Origin: an uncultured Anaerolineaceae bacterium
GTDB lineage: Bacteria; Chloroflexota; Anaerolineae; Anaerolineales; Villigracilaceae
Length of the DNA stretch: 64,000 nucleotides
NCBI GenBank assembly: GCA_964371065.1
Contig: CAYJLS010000001.1
Coordinates: 4,383-68,382 of the forward strand
Reading direction: 5' to 3'
Positions within the stretch are counted from its first letter, which is position 1; each line of letters begins with the position of its first letter. A program made the position numbers and the translations under genes. Below are positions 26,781 through 36,454 of this stretch, piece after piece. The notes under the pieces were generated by a model. The model was not told the DNA's origin. It saw nothing but the letters and a program-made list of their open reading frames with translations, and ran no database searches.

Positions 26781-27536
26781 TCACAACCCCGGCGTGTATT
26801 TCTGTTCCCATTCGGCGATCGCGGCGCGGATGACGGCTTGCACTTCGAGGTCGGTCACCTCGCTTACGCCCGCGAACTTCTGCGATCCAACCAGAACGAT
26901 CACGCTTCCATCGGGCGATTCCAGCAATCGAATGGAACGCTCCGCCAGCGTGGTGAACGCCAGCCGCGCTTGCAGGATTTCATCAATCTGAGCAACGATG
27001 CTGAGCGGCGCGGCAAGTTTCTCTTCCTTTTTGGCGGGCGCTACAAGGGGAATAATGGGACTCGGCGCAATGGGAGGCGGCATCTGCATGACCGGGGCGG
27101 CAGGCGCAGGCCGCGGCACAGAAGTGGACGGGAGCGGCTGGGAGACCGGGGCAGAGGCGGCAGGCTTTCCCTCAATCCACGGGCGCATTACAGATAACAA
27201 AGCGATCAGTCGTTTGCGATTCGGCTCGGAGATGCGCAACGTATTCACCGGCTGATTATCCAGTTCAAGGTTGGGATGCTCGGCCAGGTCCAGCCATAGG
27301 CGTAGGATGGTCTTCCCCGGCACAGCAGGTTGCGCGGGCTGAGCGGCCGCGCGGGCGGCTTGCGACGCGGCGGCACGTTCGGCTTCCCCTTTGGCCTGGC
27401 GCACAGCCATCTCGGCCTTCTCCTCCGCCGCTTTGATCTTTTTATCGGCGCGCATTTTGGAATCGAAAAAGCCAATTGCCCAACCAATCAGCAGGGCCGC
27501 AAACCCAATAATGATTCGGATCATTCCTTCTGGCAT
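26781..27536 (-). CDS. Hypothetical single-TM protein with Pro-rich linkers
   Basis: N-terminal TM, coiled region, globular C-terminus; 3 bp from mutM stop. Confidence 0.75.
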   Translation of the reverse strand: MPEGMIRIIIGFAALLIGWAIGFFDSKMRADKKIKAAEEKAEMAVRQAKGEAERAAASQAARAAAQPAQPAVPGKTILRLWLDLAEHPNLELDNQPVNTLRISEPNRKRLIALLSVMRPWIEGKPAASAPVSQPLPSTSVPRPAPAAPVMQMPPPIAPSPIIPLVAPAKKEEKLAAPLSIVAQIDEILQARLAFTTLAERSIRLLESPDGSVIVLVGSQKFAGVSEVTDLEVQAVIRAAIAEWEQKYTPGL

Positions 27537-27539
27537 ATG

Positions 27540-28343
27540 CTACCTCTTTATTTGACATTTCGGGCAAACGTGTGTGCCGCGCTGCCCGACCACCAGGCGT
27601 TGAATCTTCGTCCCGCACACGGGACAGGCTTTTCCCTCGCGAGCATACACCCGAAAATAATTCTGGAACTCGCCGCCGCGATAGACCCAGTCTATGGACG
27701 CGCCGTTGCGGCGGATGCCTTCGTTCAATACGGCGCGGATCGCCTCATGCAGGCGTTCGGCCTGCTTCCGTTTCACCGAGTCCGACGCGGCCAGCGGATG
27801 CAGTCGCGCCCGGTGCAGGGCCTCGTCGGTGTAGATGTTGCCCAACCCGGCGAGAAACGCCTGGTCGAGCAGCAGGGGCTTCAACCGGCGATGGCGGCGG
27901 CGCAGGTTGTCGTACAGCCATCCCGGCGTGAATTCGTCCGAGAGCGGCTCCGGGCCGAGTTTGCCGATGACGGTTTCAGGGTCGTCTGTCAACCAGGTGC
28001 GGCCAAATTTGCGGGTGTCGCGAAATATCAATATTTTATCGCCGGAAAGAAACAATCTCAACCGGTCGTGTTTTTCAGGCGGGTTGTTTCCTTCTTTTAT
28101 AAACAAATCGCCGCTCATGCGCAAGTGGACAAATAGGTTGAAAGTCGAAAGTCGAAGGTCGAGGAATTTGGCGCGCCGCCCCACTTCGAGAATCTTCTGC
28201 CCGCGAATCTGTTCCTTGAATTTCCGCGCGGAAGGACTCGCAATCGTCCGCGCCCAGCGTACGTCCGCGTCGAGGATCGTCGCGCCGACCAGTTCGGGGC
28301 GCAACGTCCGCGCGATGGTTTCCACTTCAGGGAGTTCTGGCAT
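27540..28343 (-). CDS. mutM: Formamidopyrimidine-DNA glycosylase
   Basis: MPELPEVE start, HLRMSG, AGLGNIYTDEAL, CPVC..CPKC zinc finger. Confidence 0.98.
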   Translation of the reverse strand: MPELPEVETIARTLRPELVGATILDADVRWARTIASPSARKFKEQIRGQKILEVGRRAKFLDLRLSTFNLFVHLRMSGDLFIKEGNNPPEKHDRLRLFLSGDKILIFRDTRKFGRTWLTDDPETVIGKLGPEPLSDEFTPGWLYDNLRRRHRRLKPLLLDQAFLAGLGNIYTDEALHRARLHPLAASDSVKRKQAERLHEAIRAVLNEGIRRNGASIDWVYRGGEFQNYFRVYAREGKACPVCGTKIQRLVVGQRGTHVCPKCQIKR

Positions 28344-28344
28344 T

Positions 28345-28447
28345 CTGGTAATTGGTGATTGGTAATTGGTAATCAGGTACTGATGACTGATCACTGATCA
28401 CTGATCACTGGTCACTGATCACTGATCGCTGCTCACTGCTCACTGGC
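28345..28447. repeat. Heptamer arrays TTGGTAA and TCACTGA
   Basis: About 14 degenerate 7-mers filling the prs-mutM gap. Confidence 0.9.
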
Positions 28448-28449
28448 AC

Positions 28450-29439
28450 TTACTCGTTGAACATCTCTCCCACGCTGCGTCCCTCGTGGGCGCGGCGGAT
28501 GACCTCGCCAATCAGGGAGGCCACCGACAGGATGGTGATCTTGTCTTCGAGATATTTCATCTTGTCGGCGGGGATCGGGACCGTGTCGGTGGTGATGATG
28601 CGCTTGATGGGCAGGGATGCCAGTAGTTGCGCGCCCTCGTCCGACAGGATGGCGTGGATAAAAGACAAATACACGTCTCGCGCGCCGTTCTGCTTGACGA
28701 TGTTGACCGCCTGCGCGACGGAGCCGCCGGTGTCCACCTCGTCGTCCACGATGATCACGTCGCGGCCCTTCACGTCGCCGATCAGGGTCAGCGCCTCGGC
28801 GTGGGCGTCGTTGCCGATGCGCCGCTTTTCGATGAAGGCGATGGGTGTGTCCAGGTCGGCGGCGTAGTTGCGTCCCTTTTTGGCAAAGCCCAGGTCCGCC
28901 GCGACCACCACCGGGTCCGCGAGTTGCGGGCGCAGGGTCGCGTTGATATGTTTCGTCAGCATGTGCGAGGCGGTCAGCACGTCGCCGGGGATCGAGAAGA
29001 ATCCCTGGATCTGTCCCGCGTGCGGGTCGAGAGTCATATAGCGGTCCGCGCCCGCCACCTCGATCATATCTGCCACGAGGCGGGCGGTGATGGGCACGCG
29101 CGGCTGGTCTTTTTTGTCCGAGCGGCCGTAGCATAGGTAAGGCACCACCGCCGTGATGCGCGCCGCCGAATCCAGCCGCAGGGTTTGGATCATAATGAGC
29201 AGTTCCATCAGGTTGTTGTGGACCGGCGAGGTCGTGGACTGGATGACGTACACATCCTGGCCGCGCACACTGCCGTGCAGTTTGACGAACAGGTTTTCGT
29301 TGGGGAACTCGACCACGTCACGCCCGCGCAGGGGACTTTCCAGATAGTCGGAAATTTTTTGCGCCAGCGCGGGCGATCCCGTCCCGGCGTAAAGTTTAAT
29401 ATCCCCGTATACTTTCATCTCGTGCAAATGATGGCTCAT
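28450..29439 (-). CDS. prs: Ribose-phosphate pyrophosphokinase
   Basis: YGRSDKKDQPRVPITA, VIIVDDEVDTGGS; GGAG RBS before MSHH at 29439. Confidence 0.97.
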   Translation of the reverse strand: MSHHLHEMKVYGDIKLYAGTGSPALAQKISDYLESPLRGRDVVEFPNENLFVKLHGSVRGQDVYVIQSTTSPVHNNLMELLIMIQTLRLDSAARITAVVPYLCYGRSDKKDQPRVPITARLVADMIEVAGADRYMTLDPHAGQIQGFFSIPGDVLTASHMLTKHINATLRPQLADPVVVAADLGFAKKGRNYAADLDTPIAFIEKRRIGNDAHAEALTLIGDVKGRDVIIVDDEVDTGGSVAQAVNIVKQNGARDVYLSFIHAILSDEGAQLLASLPIKRIITTDTVPIPADKMKYLEDKITILSVASLIGEVIRRAHEGRSVGEMFNE

Positions 29440-29993
29440 GGATTCTCCGTTTTGCGCGCTTCCCATTCCCGGCGCAGGATACTCATGAGATGAACGTCAA
29501 TAAACTTGCCGCGCTTGAACACGGCTTCGCGCTGGGCGCCTTCGTGGACAAAGCCCGCCTTCTCGTAGGCGCGTTTGGCGCGCGGGTTATCGGCGTACAC
29601 ACTCAGGAAAATTCGATTCAGGTTCAGGGTCTCGAACCCGTGGCGCAGGAGCAATTCCACCGTCTCGGTGCCCAACCCATGATTCCACGCAGACTTGTCG
29701 CCGATCATGATACCGATCTCGGCAGAATGCGCCAGCGTGTCGAGGTTGAAAAATGTGCAATTGCCGATCAGCCGCCAGCTGTCCCCGGCGCGCACTTCGA
29801 TGGCGAGTGGTTTCTCGTTCGGTTCGCGGCTCGAAGCGCGCTCGAACCACTTCTCCTCATCGGTCATGGACATCGGCAGGTACAGCGACAGCCCAAACGT
29901 CACCTCGGGATCGTTGACCCATTCGAAAAACTTCTTCACATCCTCGCGCTCCACCGCCCGCAGGCGGATGCGCCCACCGTAAATGATGCTCAC
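29436..29993 (-). CDS. RimJ/RimL-type GNAT N-acetyltransferase
   Basis: RIRLRAVE, AEIGIMIGD..WNHGLGTE, NPRAKRAYEKAGFVHEG. Confidence 0.9.
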   Translation of the reverse strand: MSIIYGGRIRLRAVEREDVKKFFEWVNDPEVTFGLSLYLPMSMTDEEKWFERASSREPNEKPLAIEVRAGDSWRLIGNCTFFNLDTLAHSAEIGIMIGDKSAWNHGLGTETVELLLRHGFETLNLNRIFLSVYADNPRAKRAYEKAGFVHEGAQREAVFKRGKFIDVHLMSILRREWEARKTENP

Positions 29994-30988
29994 TTGGGCC
30001 TCCCGTTCACTAACATTTGCGCCGCCTCCCAGGGCGAGAGACTGCGTTCGTAGACTTTCTGCAAGGCCGACTCAAACTTTCCGTTCGGGATTTCCGCGCG
30101 GAAACGCGCCAGCAACGCTTCGAGCAACAGCGCCTCCATCTCGGACCCGAGGCGGGCGCGCTCCCGAACGGCCCAGTCCCCGCTGAGGCGCAGATGCTCC
30201 GCGTGTTTGGCGATGGCCGCGGCCAGTTCCGCGATGCCCGTGCCTTCGGTTGCCACCGTCCGCTGGATGGGCGGGATCCACATTCCCGCCTCCACTTTAG
30301 ATGGCGCGTCCACGGACATTTCCTGCCCATGGTGGAGGAAGACGTGCCGCGTCGGGTGCGCCAGTTCGAGCATGGACTTGAGCGCCCGCTCGGTATTCTC
30401 CACGCCGGGGCGGTCGGCCTTGTTGACGACCAGCACGTCCGCGATCTCGAGGATGCCGGCTTTGATGGCCTGGATGTCGTCGCCCATGCCGGGCGCTTCC
30501 ACCACGATGGTGGTGTGCGCCAGGCGGGCAATGTCCACCTCGCTTTGTCCCGCGCCGACGGTTTCGATGATCACCACGTCGAAGCCCGCCGCGTCGAAGA
30601 CCTGCGCCATGGCGGCGGTGGCCTGCGCCAGTCCGCCGAGTGAACCGCGCGTTGCCATCGAGCGGATGAACACGCCCGCGTCGCCTGCCAGGTCGCGCAT
30701 GCGCACGCGATCTCCCAGCACCGCGCCGCCCGTGAACGGGCTGGAGGGGTCCACCGCCAGGATGGCGACGCGCTTGCCCTCGCCCCGAAAGTGGAGCGCC
30801 AACTGGTTTACCAGCGATGACTTGCCCGTGCCGGGCGCGCCGGTCACGCCGAGCAGGTGGGCTTTGCCGGTGTGCGGAAACAACTCCGCCAGCGCGGCGC
30901 GGCCATCCGGGGTGTCATTCTCCACCTGGGTCAGCAGGCGCGCCAGCGCGAGACGGTCATTCTTCAAAACGGATTTGGAGAGAGTCAT
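29990..30988 (-). CDS. meaB: Methylmalonyl-CoA mutase-associated GTPase MeaB/ArgK
   Basis: GAPGTGKSS, AVDPSSPFTGGAVLGDRVRM, ETVGAGQSE, NKAD. Confidence 0.95.
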   Translation of the reverse strand: MTLSKSVLKNDRLALARLLTQVENDTPDGRAALAELFPHTGKAHLLGVTGAPGTGKSSLVNQLALHFRGEGKRVAILAVDPSSPFTGGAVLGDRVRMRDLAGDAGVFIRSMATRGSLGGLAQATAAMAQVFDAAGFDVVIIETVGAGQSEVDIARLAHTTIVVEAPGMGDDIQAIKAGILEIADVLVVNKADRPGVENTERALKSMLELAHPTRHVFLHHGQEMSVDAPSKVEAGMWIPPIQRTVATEGTGIAELAAAIAKHAEHLRLSGDWAVRERARLGSEMEALLLEALLARFRAEIPNGKFESALQKVYERSLSPWEAAQMLVNGRPK

Positions 30989-30999
30989 GAGTCAACCAT

Positions 31000-31045
31000 T
31001 ACGCACTACGTACTACGTAATACGTATTGCGTAGTACGTAACTAT
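31000..31045. repeat. Heptamer array forming an imperfect hairpin
   Basis: TTACGCA CTACGTA CTACGTA ATACGTA TTGCGTA GTACGTA. Confidence 0.75.
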
Positions 31046-31488
31046 TCCTTCACTGACTCGCGCACGTCGCGGATGATGTCTTCCGTGGACGCGCCGGGGC
31101 CGTAGATGCCGCTCACGCCCATTTCCATCAGGCGCGGCACATCCTCGTCCGGGACGATTCCGCCGATGAAGACGCGCACGCGTCCCTGCCCGTTGGCTTT
31201 GAGCAGTTCCAGCACGCGCGGCGCCAGCGCCATGTGCGCGCCGGATAGGATCGAAAGTCCCACCACATCCACATCCTCCTGCAAGGCCGCCTCCGCGATC
31301 ATTTCGGGAGTCTGGCGCAGGCCGGTGTAGATGACTTCCATGCCCGCATCGCGCAGGGCGCGCGCCACCACTTTGGCGCCGCGGTCGTGCCCGTCCAGGC
31401 CGGGCTTGGCAACCAGCACGCGGATTTTCCGATCCTTTGTCGGACTCTGGGCAACGCCTTGCCCAGAATTTGTTTTTCGTTCGGTCAT
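31042..31488 (-). CDS. Cobalamin-binding (small) subunit of an acyl-CoA mutase
   Basis: [12 protein letters not shown] (DxHxxG), SILSGAH, GGIVP; GGAGG RBS before MTER at 31488. Confidence 0.93.
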   Translation of the reverse strand: MTERKTNSGQGVAQSPTKDRKIRVLVAKPGLDGHDRGAKVVARALRDAGMEVIYTGLRQTPEMIAEAALQEDVDVVGLSILSGAHMALAPRVLELLKANGQGRVRVFIGGIVPDEDVPRLMEMGVSGIYGPGASTEDIIRDVRESVKE

Positions 31489-31848
31489 TGTGCCTCCGCT
31501 TGAAAATTCCAAGCGGATTATACTATACTGAAAATCAGGCATTACGCCGCCTCGAATCGTGCGGAGTCAAAAGTCTCCCGACTTTGGAGTCCGCAAAAAT
31601 CTTCGCGGTTGGCGTAATTTTCCAAGTCGCACTCGTTCTTGAGAAGGGGACGTTTCCTCGGTCGAAAATTTACGATCCCACCAAAAGTGTTACGCAATAT
31701 CGCGAAGCATCCCCGTGAGACGCAATACGCAACACGCATCTCCTATCTCGCAACTCCTATCACGTAACACGCCCCCTCCGCAACGACATTGTAATTTTTC
31801 GCCTATTTCAGCCAGCCCTTCATTAATGAATTGTGCTATACTTTTAAT

Positions 31849-32088
31849 ATGCAAACGCAGAGACCGCACTGGTCAGACTGGGCGAGTCAACTCCATCGCC
31901 TGAAACTCGACGCCATCGCCGCCTGGTTGCTCGAAGCAGGCGCGCCCGTCGTCCTGCTCGGCGCCCAGGCGCTTTTTGTCGCGCGTCCGTTTTTGGGAGC
32001 GCAAAGCGAGGCGCTCGCGCGTTTGCTCGAAGAGGAAGATGAAACGCGCGCCTTTGCCGCGTACCTGCGCGAGGAGGCCCTGCCATGA
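31849..32088 (+). CDS. Small hypothetical protein, first gene of 7-gene operon (probably leaderless)
   Basis: Extended -10 TG-C-TATACT (31834-31842) 6 nt before ATG; ATGA overlap with next gene. Confidence 0.7.
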   Translation: MQTQRPHWSDWASQLHRLKLDAIAAWLLEAGAPVVLLGAQALFVARPFLGAQSEALARLLEEEDETRAFAAYLREEALP

Positions 32089-32825
32089 CCCAGGCGCTCC
32101 CGCTCGGACTGGTCATTTTGGCCGCCGTTCTTTTGCTGGCATTAACTTTCATTAAACGGAAATCGCCCCCCGCCTTCCGCGAGATCGCGGCGTTGACGCG
32201 CCTGAAAAAGGCCGCGGGTCTGGCTGTCGAAGACGGGACCCGCCTCCACGTCTCGCTGGGACGCGGGGGGCTGGTCAGCCCGCGCGGCGCGGCCTCGTTG
32301 TCCGCGCTGGCGTTGTTGCGCCAGATCGGCGAGCAGACCTCCATCAGCGACCGGCCGCCCGTCGCCACCTCCGGCGACCCGGTGCTGGCCGCGCTTTCGC
32401 AGGATACGTTGCAGGCCGCCTGTCAGGCCGCGGGCGTGGACGAATTATTCCAACCCACGAGCGGACGCCTCGGCGGGCTGACCCCGTTTTCGTACGCGGC
32501 CGGGGCGATGACGGTGGCCCGCCAGGAGCAGGTCTCCACCGATGTGCTGATGGGCGATTTCGGCGCGGAGGTCGGCCTGCTGACCGAGGCCTCCGAACGC
32601 GAGAATTCCACGCTCATCGCCGCGACCAGTGAACCCTCCGCGCAGGCCATCCTGTTTGCATCCGCCACGGAGCCGCTGGTGGGCGAGGAATTGTTCGCGG
32701 CGCCCGCCTACATCGGCAATGACCCGGCCCAGCGCGCCAGTTTACAGGCGCAGGATATTTTGCGCTGGCTGATCATCCTGGCGTTGCTGGCGGCCGCGGG
32801 GTTGAAAATGGTGGGAATGATATGA
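32085..32825 (+). CDS. DUF6754-like membrane-anchored protein
   Basis: N- and C-terminal TM; FSYAAG, GEELFAAPAY..ASLQAQD pattern recalled for DUF6754. Confidence 0.65.
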   Translation: MTQALPLGLVILAAVLLLALTFIKRKSPPAFREIAALTRLKKAAGLAVEDGTRLHVSLGRGGLVSPRGAASLSALALLRQIGEQTSISDRPPVATSGDPVLAALSQDTLQAACQAAGVDELFQPTSGRLGGLTPFSYAAGAMTVARQEQVSTDVLMGDFGAEVGLLTEASERENSTLIAATSEPSAQAILFASATEPLVGEELFAAPAYIGNDPAQRASLQAQDILRWLIILALLAAAGLKMVGMI

Positions 32826-33448
32826 AACGAAGTCCCGTTGCCGCGGCCATCGCCATCTCGGTGGGCCTGATCGTTTTGCTCGGAACTTTCGCGCGGATCC
32901 CGTTGCTTGTTGCGGTGCGGCTCGAACTGGTGCAATGGGCGGCGATCCTGGCGGGCGTGGCCGTGTTGGTGGGGATTGGTAATTTATTCAGCGTTCATTA
33001 TCAAAAAGTGCGGTGCCGCGAGAAGGGCTGGTTCTACAGCCTCACCCTGCTCTTTGCCATGCTCGCGACCTTGCTGGTCGGCATGATTTTCGGCCCGTCC
33101 GGCGCGTGGATGCAGGCCGCGCTGGAAACCATCATTTTCCCTGTGGAAGCCTCGTTGATGGCGCTGTTGTCGGTCACGCTCCTCTACGCCAGCATCCGCC
33201 TCCTGCGCCGCCGCGCGGATTGGATGTCGGCGCTGTTTCTGGGGACTGTCGCGCTCACGCTCCTGGCCTCGGTCTCCCTGCCTGTGATTGGCGAGATTCC
33301 CATTTTAAGTGACTGGATCCGCCCCTGGCTGACGTATGGACTCGCGGCCGGCGGCGCGCGCGGGCTTTTGCTGGGGGTGGCGCTCGGCGCGTTGACCACC
33401 GGCCTGCGCGCCCTCTTCGCGCTGGATCGTCCCTACGGGGGGAAATAA
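32822..33448 (+). CDS. Polytopic (about 6 TM) hypothetical membrane protein
   Basis: Hydrophobic ORF overlapping both neighbours. Confidence 0.8.
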   Translation: MKRSPVAAAIAISVGLIVLLGTFARIPLLVAVRLELVQWAAILAGVAVLVGIGNLFSVHYQKVRCREKGWFYSLTLLFAMLATLLVGMIFGPSGAWMQAALETIIFPVEASLMALLSVTLLYASIRLLRRRADWMSALFLGTVALTLLASVSLPVIGEIPILSDWIRPWLTYGLAAGGARGLLLGVALGALTTGLRALFALDRPYGGK

Positions 33449-35766
33449 TGGCCGACCTGCTTTGCCCTCATTGCGGAATGCCCAACCCTCCCGGCCAGAA
33501 TGTGTGTTCTTTCTGCCGCCAGCCGTTGCGCGCCCCGGAAGACAGCCAGCCCATTCGCCCGGGCGAGTTGCCGACGAAAAAGACCACCGCCGAACTGGAA
33601 CCGGTCCTGCCCGACTGGCTGAAGGACGCGCGCGCAAACGCGCGCCGCGTGGACGCGGAAAATGCCGCCGAGCAAGCCCAAGCCGCGGTGGAACGCCCCG
33701 CGCCAAAAAAAGAGGAAGTCCCCGACTTGCTGGCCGGGTTGGAATCCGCCTCGCGCGAAGAACAGGATGACGAGATCCCCGAATGGATGCGCGGCGCGGT
33801 ATCCACGCCCGCAGAGCGGCCTGCCAAACCCGAAAAGCCGGAGCAGACCTTCCCGCGTCGCCAGGAAATCCACTGGGGCGATGAAACCAAAGAGGAAATG
33901 GGCGGCATGGCAACGCTTCCCATCCCGTCCGCGCCGGAAAGCGGCGATGCCATGCTCCCGTGGATGAGCGGCGCGGGGGATGAACCTGCCGCAGAAAAAG
34001 ATGAACGGAAACCGTCCAACTGGCTGGCCGGCCAAAACGCCGCGCCGCAGGAGCAGCCACCCGTTTCTCCGTTTCCCACTGGCGCCCTCCAGCCACCGTC
34101 CACCGGCGAACTCACCGGTTGGCTGGACAAGGTTGGCTCCGAATCCGCCGCGCCCGCCGACCAGCCTGCGTCGGAATCCGGTGATTCCATTAAGCGAAGC
34201 AATCCTGCGGATAAGCGAAGCAATCCTGCGGACGGCGACTGGCTCTCGAACCTGCCGCGCGGCGAGGCTTCGCCCGCGCCGGCGGAATCCAGCGAATCCT
34301 TTGGCGAGGATATAGACCTGCCCGAATGGATGAAGCCTGCCGCTGAAGCGCCCGCCGCGCCCAAAGAGAAACAGGCTGAAACTTCTGCGCCCGATTGGAT
34401 ATCATCTTTCCGCGAACAGGAACTGCTGGCGGGACGGTCGCCGTCGGCCCAGCTGGCGGAACCCGCCCCCGAGGTCCCGCGCGCCCCGGCCTTCGTCCCC
34501 GGCGCGGAGACTGCGGATCAGCGAAGCAATCCTGTGGACAGTAGCCAGGAGAATGAACTGTTCTCCATCGAAATGCCCGACTGGTTGTCGAACATCGCGC
34601 CGACCGACCAGAAGTCCGCCTCGACTGAGACGCAGGAGGCGATTGCCCCGGCTGACCTGCCCTCCTGGGTGCAGGCCATGCGCCCGGTGGAAAGCGTCCT
34701 GCTTGGGCCGTCGTTCACCGTCCCATCCGCCGAGGGACCGCTGGAGGAAAACGGCCCGCTTGCCGGACTGCGCGGCGTTTTGCCGACGGCCGGCGGACTG
34801 ATCCAGCCCGGCAAGCCCAAAGTCCAGGCCATCCGCTTGCAATCCAGCGAAGCCCAGCAATCCAGCGCGGCCCTGCTCGAACAAATGCTGGCCGCCGAAA
34901 CGCAAGCCAAACCTCTGCGCGGCGGCGGGAGGCTGGTTTCCCAGCGCGTCCTGCGTTGGATCATTTCTGCCATGCTGATTCTGCTGGTGACGTTTACCCT
35001 GCTGGGCGGGTCGCAAAGCGTGCCTTTGCCAGCCGCGCTCCCGGAAGAAAGTAACCTGCTGTTGCCGGTGATTGACCTCCTGGCCGAAGGCGCGCCGGTT
35101 TTGATGATTTTTGACTATGAACCCGCGCTGGCCGGTGAAATGGAGGCCGCCGCCGCGCCCTTCGTGGACCGCGTGCTGGGTCTGCGCCGCCCGCGCGTGA
35201 CCATCCTTTCGACCTCTCCCACCGGCGCGGCGCTGGCCGAACGATTTATGGCCGCCACCCAGGCGCGGCACAATTACCGGGGCGGGGAGGATTACGTTAA
35301 CCTGGGTTATTTGCCCGGCGGAACCGCGGGCATCCTTTCCTTTGCGGAAAACCCGCGCGCGGCCATGCCCCTGCCCGGTTGGGACTCGGCCGCGGCGCAG
35401 GGTGTGAGTCGCTTCTCGGATTACAAGGCGGTCATCCTGCTCACCGACCAGGCCGAGACGGCGCGCGCCTGGGTGGAGCAGACCGGCGCCACCCGCGCAG
35501 GCCTGCCATTGCTGGTGGTTTCCAGCGCGCAGGCCGCGCCGATGATCCAGCCGTACCTGCTCTCGGGGCAGGTCAACGGGCTGGTGAGCGGACTGCACGA
35601 CGGCGCGGCGTTCGAAAGTTCCAGCGGGCTGGGCAGTCCCGTGCGCCGCTATTGGGACGCGTACAACTTTGCCACCCTGTTCGCCGCCCTGCTGATCGTC
35701 TTCGGCGGCCTGTGGAATTTTCTTGCCGGGGCGCGCGCCCGCCGCCAGGGCCTGGATGAGGTTTGA
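33448..35766 (+). CDS. Double zinc-ribbon, long disordered P(D/E)W-repeat region, TM, globular domain, TM
   Basis: CPHC..CSFC; about 10 [PG/S][DE/N]W[LM] motifs; TM near aa 510; YVNLGYLPGG domain; C-terminal TM. Confidence 0.8.
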   Translation: MADLLCPHCGMPNPPGQNVCSFCRQPLRAPEDSQPIRPGELPTKKTTAELEPVLPDWLKDARANARRVDAENAAEQAQAAVERPAPKKEEVPDLLAGLESASREEQDDEIPEWMRGAVSTPAERPAKPEKPEQTFPRRQEIHWGDETKEEMGGMATLPIPSAPESGDAMLPWMSGAGDEPAAEKDERKPSNWLAGQNAAPQEQPPVSPFPTGALQPPSTGELTGWLDKVGSESAAPADQPASESGDSIKRSNPADKRSNPADGDWLSNLPRGEASPAPAESSESFGEDIDLPEWMKPAAEAPAAPKEKQAETSAPDWISSFREQELLAGRSPSAQLAEPAPEVPRAPAFVPGAETADQRSNPVDSSQENELFSIEMPDWLSNIAPTDQKSASTETQEAIAPADLPSWVQAMRPVESVLLGPSFTVPSAEGPLEENGPLAGLRGVLPTAGGLIQPGKPKVQAIRLQSSEAQQSSAALLEQMLAAETQAKPLRGGGRLVSQRVLRWIISAMLILLVTFTLLGGSQSVPLPAALPEESNLLLPVIDLLAEGAPVLMIFDYEPALAGEMEAAAAPFVDRVLGLRRPRVTILSTSPTGAALAERFMAATQARHNYRGGEDYVNLGYLPGGTAGILSFAENPRAAMPLPGWDSAAAQGVSRFSDYKAVILLTDQAETARAWVEQTGATRAGLPLLVVSSAQAAPMIQPYLLSGQVNGLVSGLHDGAAFESSSGLGSPVRRYWDAYNFATLFAALLIVFGGLWNFLAGARARRQGLDEV

Positions 35767-35767
35767 G

Positions 35768-36451
35768 ATGATGACGCCCGCCCTGATTTCCGGAATCATT
35801 GGTTTCCTGCTGACCTTGATGGTGTTAAGTTATCTCATCGGCGATAACGCCTTGTTCCGTTTTGCCGTTCATATTTTTGTGGGCGTGTCCGCGGGAGTTG
35901 TCGCGGTGGTGGCGCTCTATCAGGTTATATTGCCGTACCTGCTCATCCCACTAGCCAGCGCGCCGATGTTGGAACGCGGCCTGCTGATCATTCCCCTCGT
36001 TTTGAGCGCGCTCCTTCTGATGAAAATGTCGCCGCGTCTCAGTTGGCTGGGCGGACCGGCGATGGGGTATCTCGTCGGCGCGGGCGCGGCGGTGGCGATT
36101 GGCGGCGCCGTGCTGGGGACGATCTTCCCGCAGGTGGGCGCGGCCGCCGAACCGTTCGATGCGATCGGCTTGTCCCAGCGCGGCATCAATCCGTTGCCGT
36201 CGCTGTTCAACGGCGTGGTGATGCTGGTCGGCACGGTCGGCACGCTGGCTTATTTCCATTTTGGGGCGCGCCGCAAGGACGACGGCTCCGTGAAACGCAA
36301 CGGCCTGGTCGAGGCGTTTGCCTGGGTCGGAAAGTTTTTCGTGGCGCTCACCCTCGGCGTGTTGTTCGCGGGCGTGTACGCCGCCGCGCTCGCGGCCCTG
36401 ATCGAGCGCATCCATTCTCTTCTCACTTTGTTTACGCTCTTTGGTTCCTAA
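35768..36451 (+). CDS. Polytopic (about 6 TM) hypothetical membrane protein
   Basis: SYLIGDNALFRFAVHIFVGVSAG; 1 bp from upstream stop. Confidence 0.8.
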   Translation: MMTPALISGIIGFLLTLMVLSYLIGDNALFRFAVHIFVGVSAGVVAVVALYQVILPYLLIPLASAPMLERGLLIIPLVLSALLLMKMSPRLSWLGGPAMGYLVGAGAAVAIGGAVLGTIFPQVGAAAEPFDAIGLSQRGINPLPSLFNGVVMLVGTVGTLAYFHFGARRKDDGSVKRNGLVEAFAWVGKFFVALTLGVLFAGVYAAALAALIERIHSLLTLFTLFGS

Positions 36452-36454
36452 CAC

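Noticed and set aside
28136-28160. GAAAGTC heptamers inside mutM as another insertion
   Set aside because: Periodic, but the loop does not look longer than usual MutM, so insertion is not supported
31490-31848. Cobalamin riboswitch upstream of the B12-binding subunit
   Set aside because: No recognisable B12-box/GGGAA..GCCACTG core on either strand; only a REP-like hairpin and heptamer repeats. An Infernal scan would settle it
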